Source: an uncultured Acidobacteriaceae bacterium
GTDB lineage: Bacteria > Acidobacteriota > Terriglobia > Terriglobales > Acidobacteriaceae
Length of the DNA: 64,000 nucleotides
Direction of reading: 5' to 3'
Assembly (NCBI GenBank): GCA_963789425.1
Contig: CAWBKM010000006.1
Location: 178,160-242,159, forward strand
Below, piece after piece: positions 10,472 to 22,562 of this stretch (its first letter is position 1; the number at the start of each line of letters is the position of its first letter). The notes below the pieces were generated by a model that made no database searches, was not told the origin of the DNA, and saw only the letters and a program-made list of their open reading frames with translations. A program made the translations under genes and the position numbers.

Positions 10472-11923
10472 GTGTCGTCGCACACCAGCAATGAACGCCC
10501 AGCGCCCGACAAAGTCCTCACCGACATCGCCGACTACGCGTTGAGTTTCAAGATCGAGAGCGACCTCGCCTATACGACGGCGCGCTTTTGCCTGATTGAC
10601 ACGCTGGGCTGTGGCCTCGAGGCGCTCGAATATCCGGCATGCACCAAACTGCTCGGCCCCATCGTGCCAGGAACGGTTGTCCCGAATGGCGCGCGCGTTC
10701 CCGGGACAAGCTTCCAGCTCGATCCCGTGCAGGCCGCCTTCAATATTGGGACTCTCATTCGCTGGCTCGACTTCAACGACACATGGCTGGCCGCGGAGTG
10801 GGGCCATCCGAGCGACAACTTGGGCGGAATCCTGGCCACTGCCGACTGGTTGTCTCGCGCGCCTGCCGCGGGCAGACCTTTGGTTGAGATCCGTGATGTG
10901 TTGACGGCAATGATCAAGGCACACGAGATTCAGGGATGTATTGCGCTCGAGAATTCGTTCAACAGAGTGGGCCTGGACCACGTCGTGTTGGTGAAGGTGG
11001 CGTCAACGGCAGTCGTGTGCCAGTTGCTTGGACTCAGCCGTGAACAGACGATCAATGCTTTGTCTCTTGCCTGGGTCGACGGCCAGAGCCTGCGCACCTA
11101 TCGCCACGCGCCGAATACTGGTTCACGAAAAAGCTGGGCGGCGGGCGATGCGACGAGCCGTGGAGTTCGATTGGCGCTGATGGCTCGCGCCGGAGAAATG
11201 GGCTATCCATCGGCGCTCACGGCGAAAACCTGGGGCTTTTACGATGTTGCGTTTCGCGGCCAGGAGTTCAAATTCCAGCGCGCTTATGGATCGTACGTCA
11301 TGGAGAACGTGCTGTTCAAAATCAGCTACCCTGCGGAGTTTCATGCGCAGACCGCCGTCGAAGCGGCGATGAAGGTGCGCGCACGGCTCGATGCAATGGG
11401 CAAATCGGCGGCAGACATTCAGAAAATCACGATACACACGCACGAGGCCTGCCTGCGCATTATTGATAAAAAAGGACCGCTCTCGAATCCCGCAGACCGC
11501 GATCATTGCGTGCAGTACATGGTTGCGATTCCGCTCCTTTTTGGCCGACTGACGGCTGCCGACTACGAAGATGCCATCGCTTCGGACCCTCGGATCGACG
11601 CGCTCCGCGCGAGGATCGAGTGCGTCGAAGAGCCGCGATTCACGGCCGACTATCACGACCCAGAAAAACGCTCCATCGCCAACGCACTTCGTGCCGTTCT
11701 CGATGACGGCTCCGTGCTGGAGGAAGTTGTCGAGTATCCCCTTGGCCATCGCCGCCGCCGCGAAGAAGGAATGCCTTTGCTGATTGAGAAGTTCAAGACC
11801 AACTTGCGCCGGCGATTTAACGATGCGCAGCAGAAACGGATTCTTGATGTCTCGCTCGACCGCGAACGGCTGGAAAAGATGCCCGTAAATGAGTACGTCG
11901 ACTTATACGTCGCGCAAGATTGA
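10472..11923 (+). CDS. prpD: 2-methylcitrate dehydratase
   Basis: [42 protein letters not shown]; GTG 10472 with AGGAG RBS. Confidence 0.95.
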   Translation: MSSHTSNERPAPDKVLTDIADYALSFKIESDLAYTTARFCLIDTLGCGLEALEYPACTKLLGPIVPGTVVPNGARVPGTSFQLDPVQAAFNIGTLIRWLDFNDTWLAAEWGHPSDNLGGILATADWLSRAPAAGRPLVEIRDVLTAMIKAHEIQGCIALENSFNRVGLDHVVLVKVASTAVVCQLLGLSREQTINALSLAWVDGQSLRTYRHAPNTGSRKSWAAGDATSRGVRLALMARAGEMGYPSALTAKTWGFYDVAFRGQEFKFQRAYGSYVMENVLFKISYPAEFHAQTAVEAAMKVRARLDAMGKSAADIQKITIHTHEACLRIIDKKGPLSNPADRDHCVQYMVAIPLLFGRLTAADYEDAIASDPRIDALRARIECVEEPRFTADYHDPEKRSIANALRAVLDDGSVLEEVVEYPLGHRRRREEGMPLLIEKFKTNLRRRFNDAQQKRILDVSLDRERLEKMPVNEYVDLYVAQD

Positions 11924-11998
11924 TGGAAAGATGCGCGGTTGTTTGTTTCTTCCGAATTGCGCGAAAAAACCAGCCGAAAAATCGAAACATTCAAAAGC

Positions 11999-12075
11999 AA
12001 AACTGTGAGACTGTGAAACTGTGGCTGCAAGCTGCTGATTCTGAGCGCTCCACAGTTTCACAGTTTCACAGTCTC
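11999..12075. repeat. Inverted pair of octamer arrays (ARACTGTG x3 / CACAGTYT x3)
   Basis: AAACTGTG AGACTGTG AAACTGTG G ... C CACAGTTT CACAGTTT CACAGTCT. Confidence 0.75.
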
Positions 12076-12127
12076 GCAAAACGGCATGGGGGGTGGGGTG
12101 CGAAGCGACGGGGGGTGGGGCGCATGT

Positions 12128-12212
12128 GAAGGAGTGAAAGAGTGAATCGGTGAATAAGTGAAGAAGTGAGCGGGGACCGAGAACGGGGAGCAAGGGAACA
12201 GGGATCGAGGGA
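12128..12212 (+). repeat. Purine-rich octamer array followed by heptamer array
   Basis: GAAGGAGT GAAAGAGT GAATCGGT GAATAAGT GAAGAAGT, then CGGGGAC CGAGAAC GGGGAGC AAGGGAA CAGGGAT CGAGGGA. Confidence 0.6.
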
Positions 12213-12274
12213 AGTGCGGGCGAGGACGCGGGCGTTGCTTGTGCATCGGCGACTGACGCAGAACGAAAGACAAA

Positions 12275-12695
12275 AGCAGGTCCCTCGGCTCCGCTGAAAA
12301 GCGCTGCGCTCGGGATGACACATCTGTGGGCAGACGGAATTTTGCGGAGATTTGCAGAATGCACCTCAGGGTGGTCAATGATTCAATTATGCGCCGATTG
12401 AGGAAATAATCGGCAAATGGAAGTGGTTAGAATGCAAGGGCTTAGGGACTACGCCTCTTGACAAGAATATTCGGCGGGCGCATGGGAGTGGATGAAATCG
12501 CGGTATCCCAGGTCCCCAAGTGCGAGGGACCTAGGGCACCCATTTGTTCATGGGAAGCGTGGATCGCTAAGGGCATATTCAGGTTCTTCGACTCGGTCGC
12601 CGCGGCGACCTCGCTCAGGATGACATTGCGAAAATAGGGTTCGTGGTATCCCACCCTAGGCGCAAAAACAAAGACGCGCCGAGGGTGGGGCACCC
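12275..12695. repeat. Cluster of four REP-like palindromes (alternating families B, A, B, A)
   Basis: Family B ending CTC(A/G)GGATGACA at 12275-12320 and 12580-12625; family A TATCCC...GGGCACCC at 12504-12541 and 12647-12695. Confidence 0.8.
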
Positions 12696-12701
12696 GACTT
12701 C

Positions 12702-17441
<4,740 letters not shown>

Positions 17442-17848
17442 AGTTCCCTCACATTGAATCCTGGTTTTGAATCCTGGTTCAATCTTTTCCGTTCTATCTT
17501 TTCAGTTTGCGTCGCCGGCGCTGAAGCGCGCGGAGAGCGAGCCTGCCGCGTCTGTGGCCTGAATCATCGCCGCATTCGATGCGGCGCGCGCGTCATAGAC
17601 CATGCGTCAGGAAGCCTCGTCAAAAACCCTTATCAATTGTCGAGCAAGTCGAGCGGCCGGAGCGGCAAAAAGGAGGCCTAAGGGGAAGGTTACTCCTTCA
17701 TAGAACAGACCATGATCAGTATGCGCCCGATATAGAGACGGCGTATCGCAATATGAGAAGAATCCGCCGCTGGCTGGGATTGGAGCCGTGCGGCCCTGTC
17801 TTCTTCTCTGAGCCCCTGCGCTACCATAAAGACATCATTGAGGTTCTC

Positions 17849-18145
17849 ATGTTTGTTGTGGTCTGGCAGTTTGAGATTGTCGAGGACAAGGTAGCCGGCT
17901 TCGAGGCTGCTTATGGGGCTGACGGAGCTTGGGCGCAACTGTTTCGCACCTCGCCCGAGTATCTGGGAACCGAATTGCTCCGCGACGCCTATGTTTCGGG
18001 CAACTACCTGACCATCGACCGCTGGAGCAGCGAACAGGCTTTTCGCGCCTTCCGGAAAGACCACGATGGCGAGTACGAGGTGCTGGACCGCAAGTGCGAT
18101 GCGCTTACCGGCAAGGAAACACGTGTAGGCGCATACACGGTTTGA
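17849..18145 (+). CDS. ABM (antibiotic biosynthesis monooxygenase)-like dimeric alpha-beta barrel protein
   Basis: MFVVVWQFEI...GYLGTEL-like segment (EYLGTELLRD), YLTIDRWSSEQAF; 98 aa from ATG 17849. Confidence 0.7.
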   Translation: MFVVVWQFEIVEDKVAGFEAAYGADGAWAQLFRTSPEYLGTELLRDAYVSGNYLTIDRWSSEQAFRAFRKDHDGEYEVLDRKCDALTGKETRVGAYTV

Positions 18146-18152
18146 GCCAGCA

Positions 18153-18590
18153 CTATTCAAGGACCAGCAGATTGCCGCGGAATTCCGGGCCGGCCAGGTA
18201 CTTCAGCCCTCGATCAAACGTCACCAGAACGCCATCCTCTTTAATCGCCAACCCGAGCAGGTACGCGTCCGTCACCTGCTGATGCCCGGTGATACGAGCC
18301 GCGAACGGCGCAGCGAGATCGACCCAACTCTCATTCATTGGCCAATAGCGATAACCGGGTCGCTCGGCAAACATGGCGAGAATCGCAACCGACTGTTCAA
18401 ATGTGCGCGGCCCGGGATTAAAGGCCGGATTCGTTGTAATTCTTACGAATCCGATCTCTGTAAGTGCGCAAACTCCCCAGTTGTCTGTCCCCGTATTGTC
18501 GAACCAATCCTGTGCTTTTCTGTAGAACTCATGTCCCGGCTCCGCTAGGGCAATCAGTAGATTGACATCAACCAAATTTCGCCGGATCAA
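18153..18590 (-). CDS. vapC: VapC-type PIN-domain toxin
   Basis: LVDVNLLIAL, TEIGFVR, QVTDAYLLGLA, LVTFDRG; overlaps the antitoxin 3' end. Confidence 0.92.
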   Translation of the reverse strand: MIRRNLVDVNLLIALAEPGHEFYRKAQDWFDNTGTDNWGVCALTEIGFVRITTNPAFNPGPRTFEQSVAILAMFAERPGYRYWPMNESWVDLAAPFAARITGHQQVTDAYLLGLAIKEDGVLVTFDRGLKYLAGPEFRGNLLVLE

Positions 18591-18819
18591 ACTCCTCCTC
18601 CTCGAGTTTCTTTACCATTTCGGATGTGATCGTCCTTCCCGTTGGAGGAAACATGGGCAATCCGTTTGGCCCGATCCGAATATCAGGCTTTGTGGCGGGG
18701 CCTGCTTCCACTCTCCGGATCAGCTCGTTGATTGCAGCGCTCAGCGTCACTCCCCGCGACCGCGCATAATACGCCGCAAACTCGTGGGTCTCGTCGTCAA
18801 GTGTGATTGTCGTCCTCAT
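18568..18819 (-). CDS. vapB: VapB-type ribbon-helix-helix antitoxin
   Basis: MRTTITLDDE...GVTLSAAINELIRR...NGLPMF; 83 aa directly upstream of vapC. Confidence 0.88.
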   Translation of the reverse strand: MRTTITLDDETHEFAAYYARSRGVTLSAAINELIRRVEAGPATKPDIRIGPNGLPMFPPTGRTITSEMVKKLEEEEFDPAKFG

Positions 18820-18825
18820 GTCCTT

Positions 18826-18909
18826 ATTGTGCATCATTTTCCATTTTGATGCAAGTTTCAGCATATGATGCTCTAATATCAAATTGATGTAATGTGTTCC
18901 ATTTGATGC
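18826..18909 (-). promoter_or_regulatory. vapBC promoter/operator region
   Basis: Minus-strand TTGCAT-17-CACAAT 6 nt before the ATG; inverted repeat TGCATCA-N10-TGATGCA (18830-18853); TGATG boxes at 18847, 18866, 18885, 18904. Confidence 0.6.
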
Positions 18910-18962
18910 GGCTTGACGGCCAACTTTTGTGCGCTCCGGCACACATGTATCCGGAGAGATGA

Positions 18963-19021
18963 TATTTTCTCTCTTTCTTCGCTATTTTCTCCTTCTCTTC
19001 AATGTCTCATCCTGCTACAAT
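18963..19021 (+). promoter_or_regulatory. recA promoter (extended -10) with tandem TTTC-N7-CTTC boxes
   Basis: TG-C-TACAAT at 19013-19021; TATTTTC-N7-CTTC at 18963-18980 and 18983-19000. Confidence 0.45.
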
Positions 19022-19110
19022 CCCTTGGAAATCCAGTGAAGCCCCTCGCCGTTTCCTGCCAGGAAAGCATGAGATTTGGCGGGCGAGCACTTTTTTGAGG
19101 AGCCCTCCCA

Positions 19111-20187
19111 ATGGCCATCGTTGACGACCGCGCCAAAGCGGTAGAACTTGCCCTTGCACAGATTGAAAAACAGTTCGGGAAGGGGTCGATTGTCCGCCTC
19201 GGATCCCGTGAGGCGCTACTGCCGATTGCGGTGATTTCCACCGGCTCGATCAGCTTCGACGCGGCGCTCGGTGTCGGCGGCGTTCCGCGCGGCCGGGTTA
19301 CCGAGGTCTTTGGACCCGAGTCTTCCGGCAAAACCACCATCACTTTGCAGATCATCGCCGAGGCGCAGCGTAACGGCGGTCTGGCAGCTTTTGTCGACGC
19401 TGAGCACGCGCTCGATCCCGGCTATGCCAAGAAGCTCGGCGTCGACGTCGACAACCTGCTTGTCTCCCAGCCCGACAGCGGCGAGCAGGCGCTGGAAATC
19501 ACCGAAGCATTAGTGCGCTCCGGCGCTATCGATGTGCTGGTCGTTGACTCGGTGGCCGCGCTAGTCCCCAAGGCCGAGCTTGACGGCGAAATGGGCGATT
19601 CGCATATGGGCCTGCAGGCGCGGCTCATGTCGCAGGCGCTGCGCAAACTGACCGGCACGGTTTCAAAGTCCCGCACCGCTCTTATCTTTATTAACCAGAT
19701 CCGCGAAAAGATCGGCGTGATGTTCGGCAACCCCGAAACCACGACTGGCGGCCGCGCGCTGAAGTTCTATTCTTCTGTCCGCATCGATATCCGCCGCATC
19801 GCCGCGGTGAAAGAAGGCGATACGGTAGTGGGCTCGCACACCAAGGTCAAGATCGTGAAAAACAAGGTCGCGGCGCCCTTCCGCGAGGCCGAGTTCGACA
19901 TTCTCTACGGCGAAGGTATCAGCAAAGAAGGCGATGTGCTCGACCTGGCTGTAACGCACAACATTGTGGAGAAGAGCGGCGCCTGGTACAGCTACGGCGG
20001 TGAGCGCATCGGTCAGGGTCGGGAGAACACCCGAGGGTTCCTCAAGGAAAACAAGGACGTCTACACGAAGATGAACGCCGAGGTGCGGAATCGGCTGGGC
20101 ATTGGCGCGGCAAAGGCCGATGTGCCCGAAGCACCTGCCGGCGGCGCTGCCGAAGCCAAGGAAGTGGTGCGAGGGAAGAAGGGATAG
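19111..20187 (+). CDS. recA: Recombinase RecA
   Basis: [47 protein letters not shown]. Confidence 0.99.
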   Translation: MAIVDDRAKAVELALAQIEKQFGKGSIVRLGSREALLPIAVISTGSISFDAALGVGGVPRGRVTEVFGPESSGKTTITLQIIAEAQRNGGLAAFVDAEHALDPGYAKKLGVDVDNLLVSQPDSGEQALEITEALVRSGAIDVLVVDSVAALVPKAELDGEMGDSHMGLQARLMSQALRKLTGTVSKSRTALIFINQIREKIGVMFGNPETTTGGRALKFYSSVRIDIRRIAAVKEGDTVVGSHTKVKIVKNKVAAPFREAEFDILYGEGISKEGDVLDLAVTHNIVEKSGAWYSYGGERIGQGRENTRGFLKENKDVYTKMNAEVRNRLGIGAAKADVPEAPAGGAAEAKEVVRGKKG

Positions 20188-20256
20188 CGCTTCTACCTTC
20201 GCGCGTATAGAGAAGCGAACCCCCTAAAGTGGTCCTATCCCCGAAGGATTCGTTCC

Positions 20257-20285
20257 TTGACGGTAGAAAGTAATGTATGTATATT
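20257..20285 (+). promoter_or_regulatory. Sigma70 promoter of the PIN-toxin operon
   Basis: TTGACG-17-TATATT; GGAGG at 20292-20296 and ATG at 20305. Confidence 0.7.
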
Positions 20286-20304
20286 CATGTTGGAGGATAT
20301 GGAT

Positions 20305-20775
20305 ATGAGGCCTACCGACCTGACCAAGCAGCACGTAATTGCCAGGTACGTTAAGCCGGCGAGGTTGAGCGGTGAGAGCATCGTTCAAGTTCGAGTTGGA
20401 ACCGTGCAGAAGGAGTTGGGATGGACGAATCGCACCCCGTCAGTTTTTTCTACGTTGTCATCTAGAGAATTCCAGCAAGAAGCGGGTCTGGAATTGATTG
20501 AACGTAAGGGCGGACCTCCGTCCGGCGGGCCAAGCACGACTGTACAATTTGTCTTCCGCTTGCTGAAGGAGGGAAGTAGTTCACCGTCGCCTCATTTCGT
20601 AGCCAAGCCATTGCCAAATGGTGCAGGCCTCGAAGAGCTCTACGGGGTTCTGAAAGACGCATTTTCAGGGCTTGGCGGCGGAGAATCCTACCTGAAATCC
20701 GAAAGGAGTTGGGAATCCGACTCCTGGCAGCAGTATGAGAAACAGGAGGCATCGCGCAAGGAGAATCGCAAGTGA
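20305..20775 (+). CDS. Hypothetical protein, putative non-canonical antitoxin
   Basis: 156 aa; GTGA overlap with downstream PIN gene; C-terminal LYGVLKDAFSGLGGGESYLKSERSW resembles VapB neutralisation tails. Confidence 0.6.
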   Translation: MRPTDLTKQHVIARYVKPARLSGESIVQVRVGTVQKELGWTNRTPSVFSTLSSREFQQEAGLELIERKGGPPSGGPSTTVQFVFRLLKEGSSSPSPHFVAKPLPNGAGLEELYGVLKDAFSGLGGGESYLKSERSWESDSWQQYEKQEASRKENRK

Positions 20776-21197
20776 CCCGAATCTATTGGGATTCGATGTT
20801 GTTTATCTACATGCTCGAAGCGAATCCTGTCTTTGGACCCAAGGTGCGCCGAATTCTGAATCAAATTGTCAGCAGAGGACAGACGCTTAGCACGAGCGTC
20901 TTTACGATCGGCGAAATCCTCACTGGCCCGCGCCGCCGCGGCTCTCTTTCCGGCGTTGAAGCAGTCAAGAAATACTTTCTAAGCGGGGCCATTGACATCC
21001 TGCCATTCAACGAGGCCGCGGCCGACCGCTACAGCGTGATTCGTGGGACTACGCGAGTTTCCCAGGCCGACGCCATTCATCTTGCGTCTGCAGCGGAAGC
21101 AGGTGTGGATGTTTTCTTCACCAACGATGGTGACCTGCGCAATCTTTCGATTCCTGGTATCAAACTCTTTGCCGACCTCGATGGAAAAGTGATTTGA
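20772..21197 (+). CDS. vapC: PIN-domain (VapC-like) ribonuclease toxin
   Basis: IYWDSMLFIY, FTIGEIL, ADAIHLASA, FFTNDGDL acidic tetrad. Confidence 0.9.
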   Translation: MTRIYWDSMLFIYMLEANPVFGPKVRRILNQIVSRGQTLSTSVFTIGEILTGPRRRGSLSGVEAVKKYFLSGAIDILPFNEAAADRYSVIRGTTRVSQADAIHLASAAEAGVDVFFTNDGDLRNLSIPGIKLFADLDGKVI

Positions 21198-21262
21198 CGT
21201 TCCGCATCGGATCTTACCGCACCGGGAAAGCGGCGCGCTGCTAGAATTCCAATGGAGCCACA

Positions 21263-21757
21263 ATGCCCGTAAACGCTCTCTATCCCGGCACATTCGACCC
21301 GCCGACGAACGGCCATGTGGACCTGATCGAGCGTGGATCGAAGCTCTTTGACCACCTCACGGTCGCCATCCTCGTGAACCCGGTGAAAAATCCGCTGTTC
21401 ACCGTTGAAGAGCGCGTGGAGATGCTCGAAGAGGTCACCGGGCCGCTGGGTAATGTCTCGGTCGCCACCTTCGACGGGTTGATGGTCGCGTTCGCGAAGA
21501 AGGTCGGCGCGTCGGCGGTGCTGCGCGGCATTCGCGCCATCTCCGACTATGAGCATGAATTCCAGATGGCGCTGATGAATCGCCGCCTCGCGCCGGATGT
21601 GGAGACGGTTTTCCTTCAGCCGGCCGGGCGCTACTCGTTTGTGAGCTCGCGCATGGTGAAGGAAGTGTTCAGCTTCGGAGGCGACATCAGCGGCCTGGTG
21701 CCGCCGAACGTGGTGAAGAAGCTGCGCGCGCGGATCAAGAACGGCAACGGCGGATAA
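21263..21757 (+). CDS. coaD: Phosphopantetheine adenylyltransferase
   Basis: YPGTFDPPTNGHVD, LRGIRAISDYEHE, VSSRMVKEV. Confidence 0.97.
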   Translation: MPVNALYPGTFDPPTNGHVDLIERGSKLFDHLTVAILVNPVKNPLFTVEERVEMLEEVTGPLGNVSVATFDGLMVAFAKKVGASAVLRGIRAISDYEHEFQMALMNRRLAPDVETVFLQPAGRYSFVSSRMVKEVFSFGGDISGLVPPNVVKKLRARIKNGNGG

Positions 21758-21813
21758 CGACGCGAAGCACCTCTGCGTTGTTCGCGGCTCGCTCGTCCAA
21801 CCCCGGCAGGAAT

Positions 21814-22494
21814 CTATATCTCCGCCCATCGGCGCAGCAGATTGTGATAAACGCCAGCGAGCTGTACTCCCGCAGGATTGCCCGGAACGTCTTTTGCCAG
21901 GCGCTGAATCGCCGTGTCGAGGTCGTAGAGTAAAGTGCGGTCGCTGTCGGCTCGAATCATGCTTTGAATCCAAAAGAATGACGCGACGCGCGCGCCCCGG
22001 GTGACCGGCGCAACGCGATGCAGGCTCGTGGCCGGATAGAGGACAAGATGGCCGGGAGGCAGCTTGACGCTGTGCAGGCCGTAGGTGTCCTCAACGAGCA
22101 ACTCGCCACCTTCGTATTCGTCGGGAGCAGAGAAGAACAGCGTTGCAGAAAGGTCGGTGCGAATGCGCTGCCCGGTTGAAGCGATGGCGCGGATGGCGGT
22201 ATCGACATGCGTGCCGAAGTGGCCGCCTCCCATGTAGCGATTAAACATGGGAGGAAAGACCTTGAGAGGAAGAGCGGACGACATGAAGAGCGGAGAGCGG
22301 GCAAGACCGGCGAGAATCATTTCGCCGAGCTCGACGGCAATCGGATGGCCCTCAGGCAATTGGAGGTTCTGTTTGACGCTTTGAGCCTGGTAGCCGGCGG
22401 TAACTTTGCCGTCAATCCATTCCGCCGCGTCAAGTGCCGCTCGCGCCCGCGCAACTTCGCTTGCGTTCAGTACATCGGGAATCGTAATTAACAC
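21814..22494 (-). CDS. ybiX: Fe(II)/2-oxoglutarate PKHD-type hydroxylase (PiuC/YbiX family)
   Basis: [52 protein letters not shown]; downstream of a TonB receptor. Confidence 0.92.
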   Translation of the reverse strand: MLITIPDVLNASEVARARAALDAAEWIDGKVTAGYQAQSVKQNLQLPEGHPIAVELGEMILAGLARSPLFMSSALPLKVFPPMFNRYMGGGHFGTHVDTAIRAIASTGQRIRTDLSATLFFSAPDEYEGGELLVEDTYGLHSVKLPPGHLVLYPATSLHRVAPVTRGARVASFFWIQSMIRADSDRTLLYDLDTAIQRLAKDVPGNPAGVQLAGVYHNLLRRWAEI

Positions 22495-22562
22495 CGGATC
22501 AACTCCTTGCGTGCGTTCGCGGAGCAGCAGCGAGTGAACTCGCGCAGCCCGCTCACGGCCCG

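Noticed and set aside
11924-12701. Possible CRISPR array among the clustered repeats
   Set aside because: Repeats are of several families with irregular spacing; no constant repeat-spacer period and no cas genes.
17579-17848. 90-aa N-terminal extension of the ABM protein and opposite-strand ORF 17690-18160
   Set aside because: Extension is not protein-like and overlaps the PFOR upstream region; the ABM fold begins at MFVVVW (17849).
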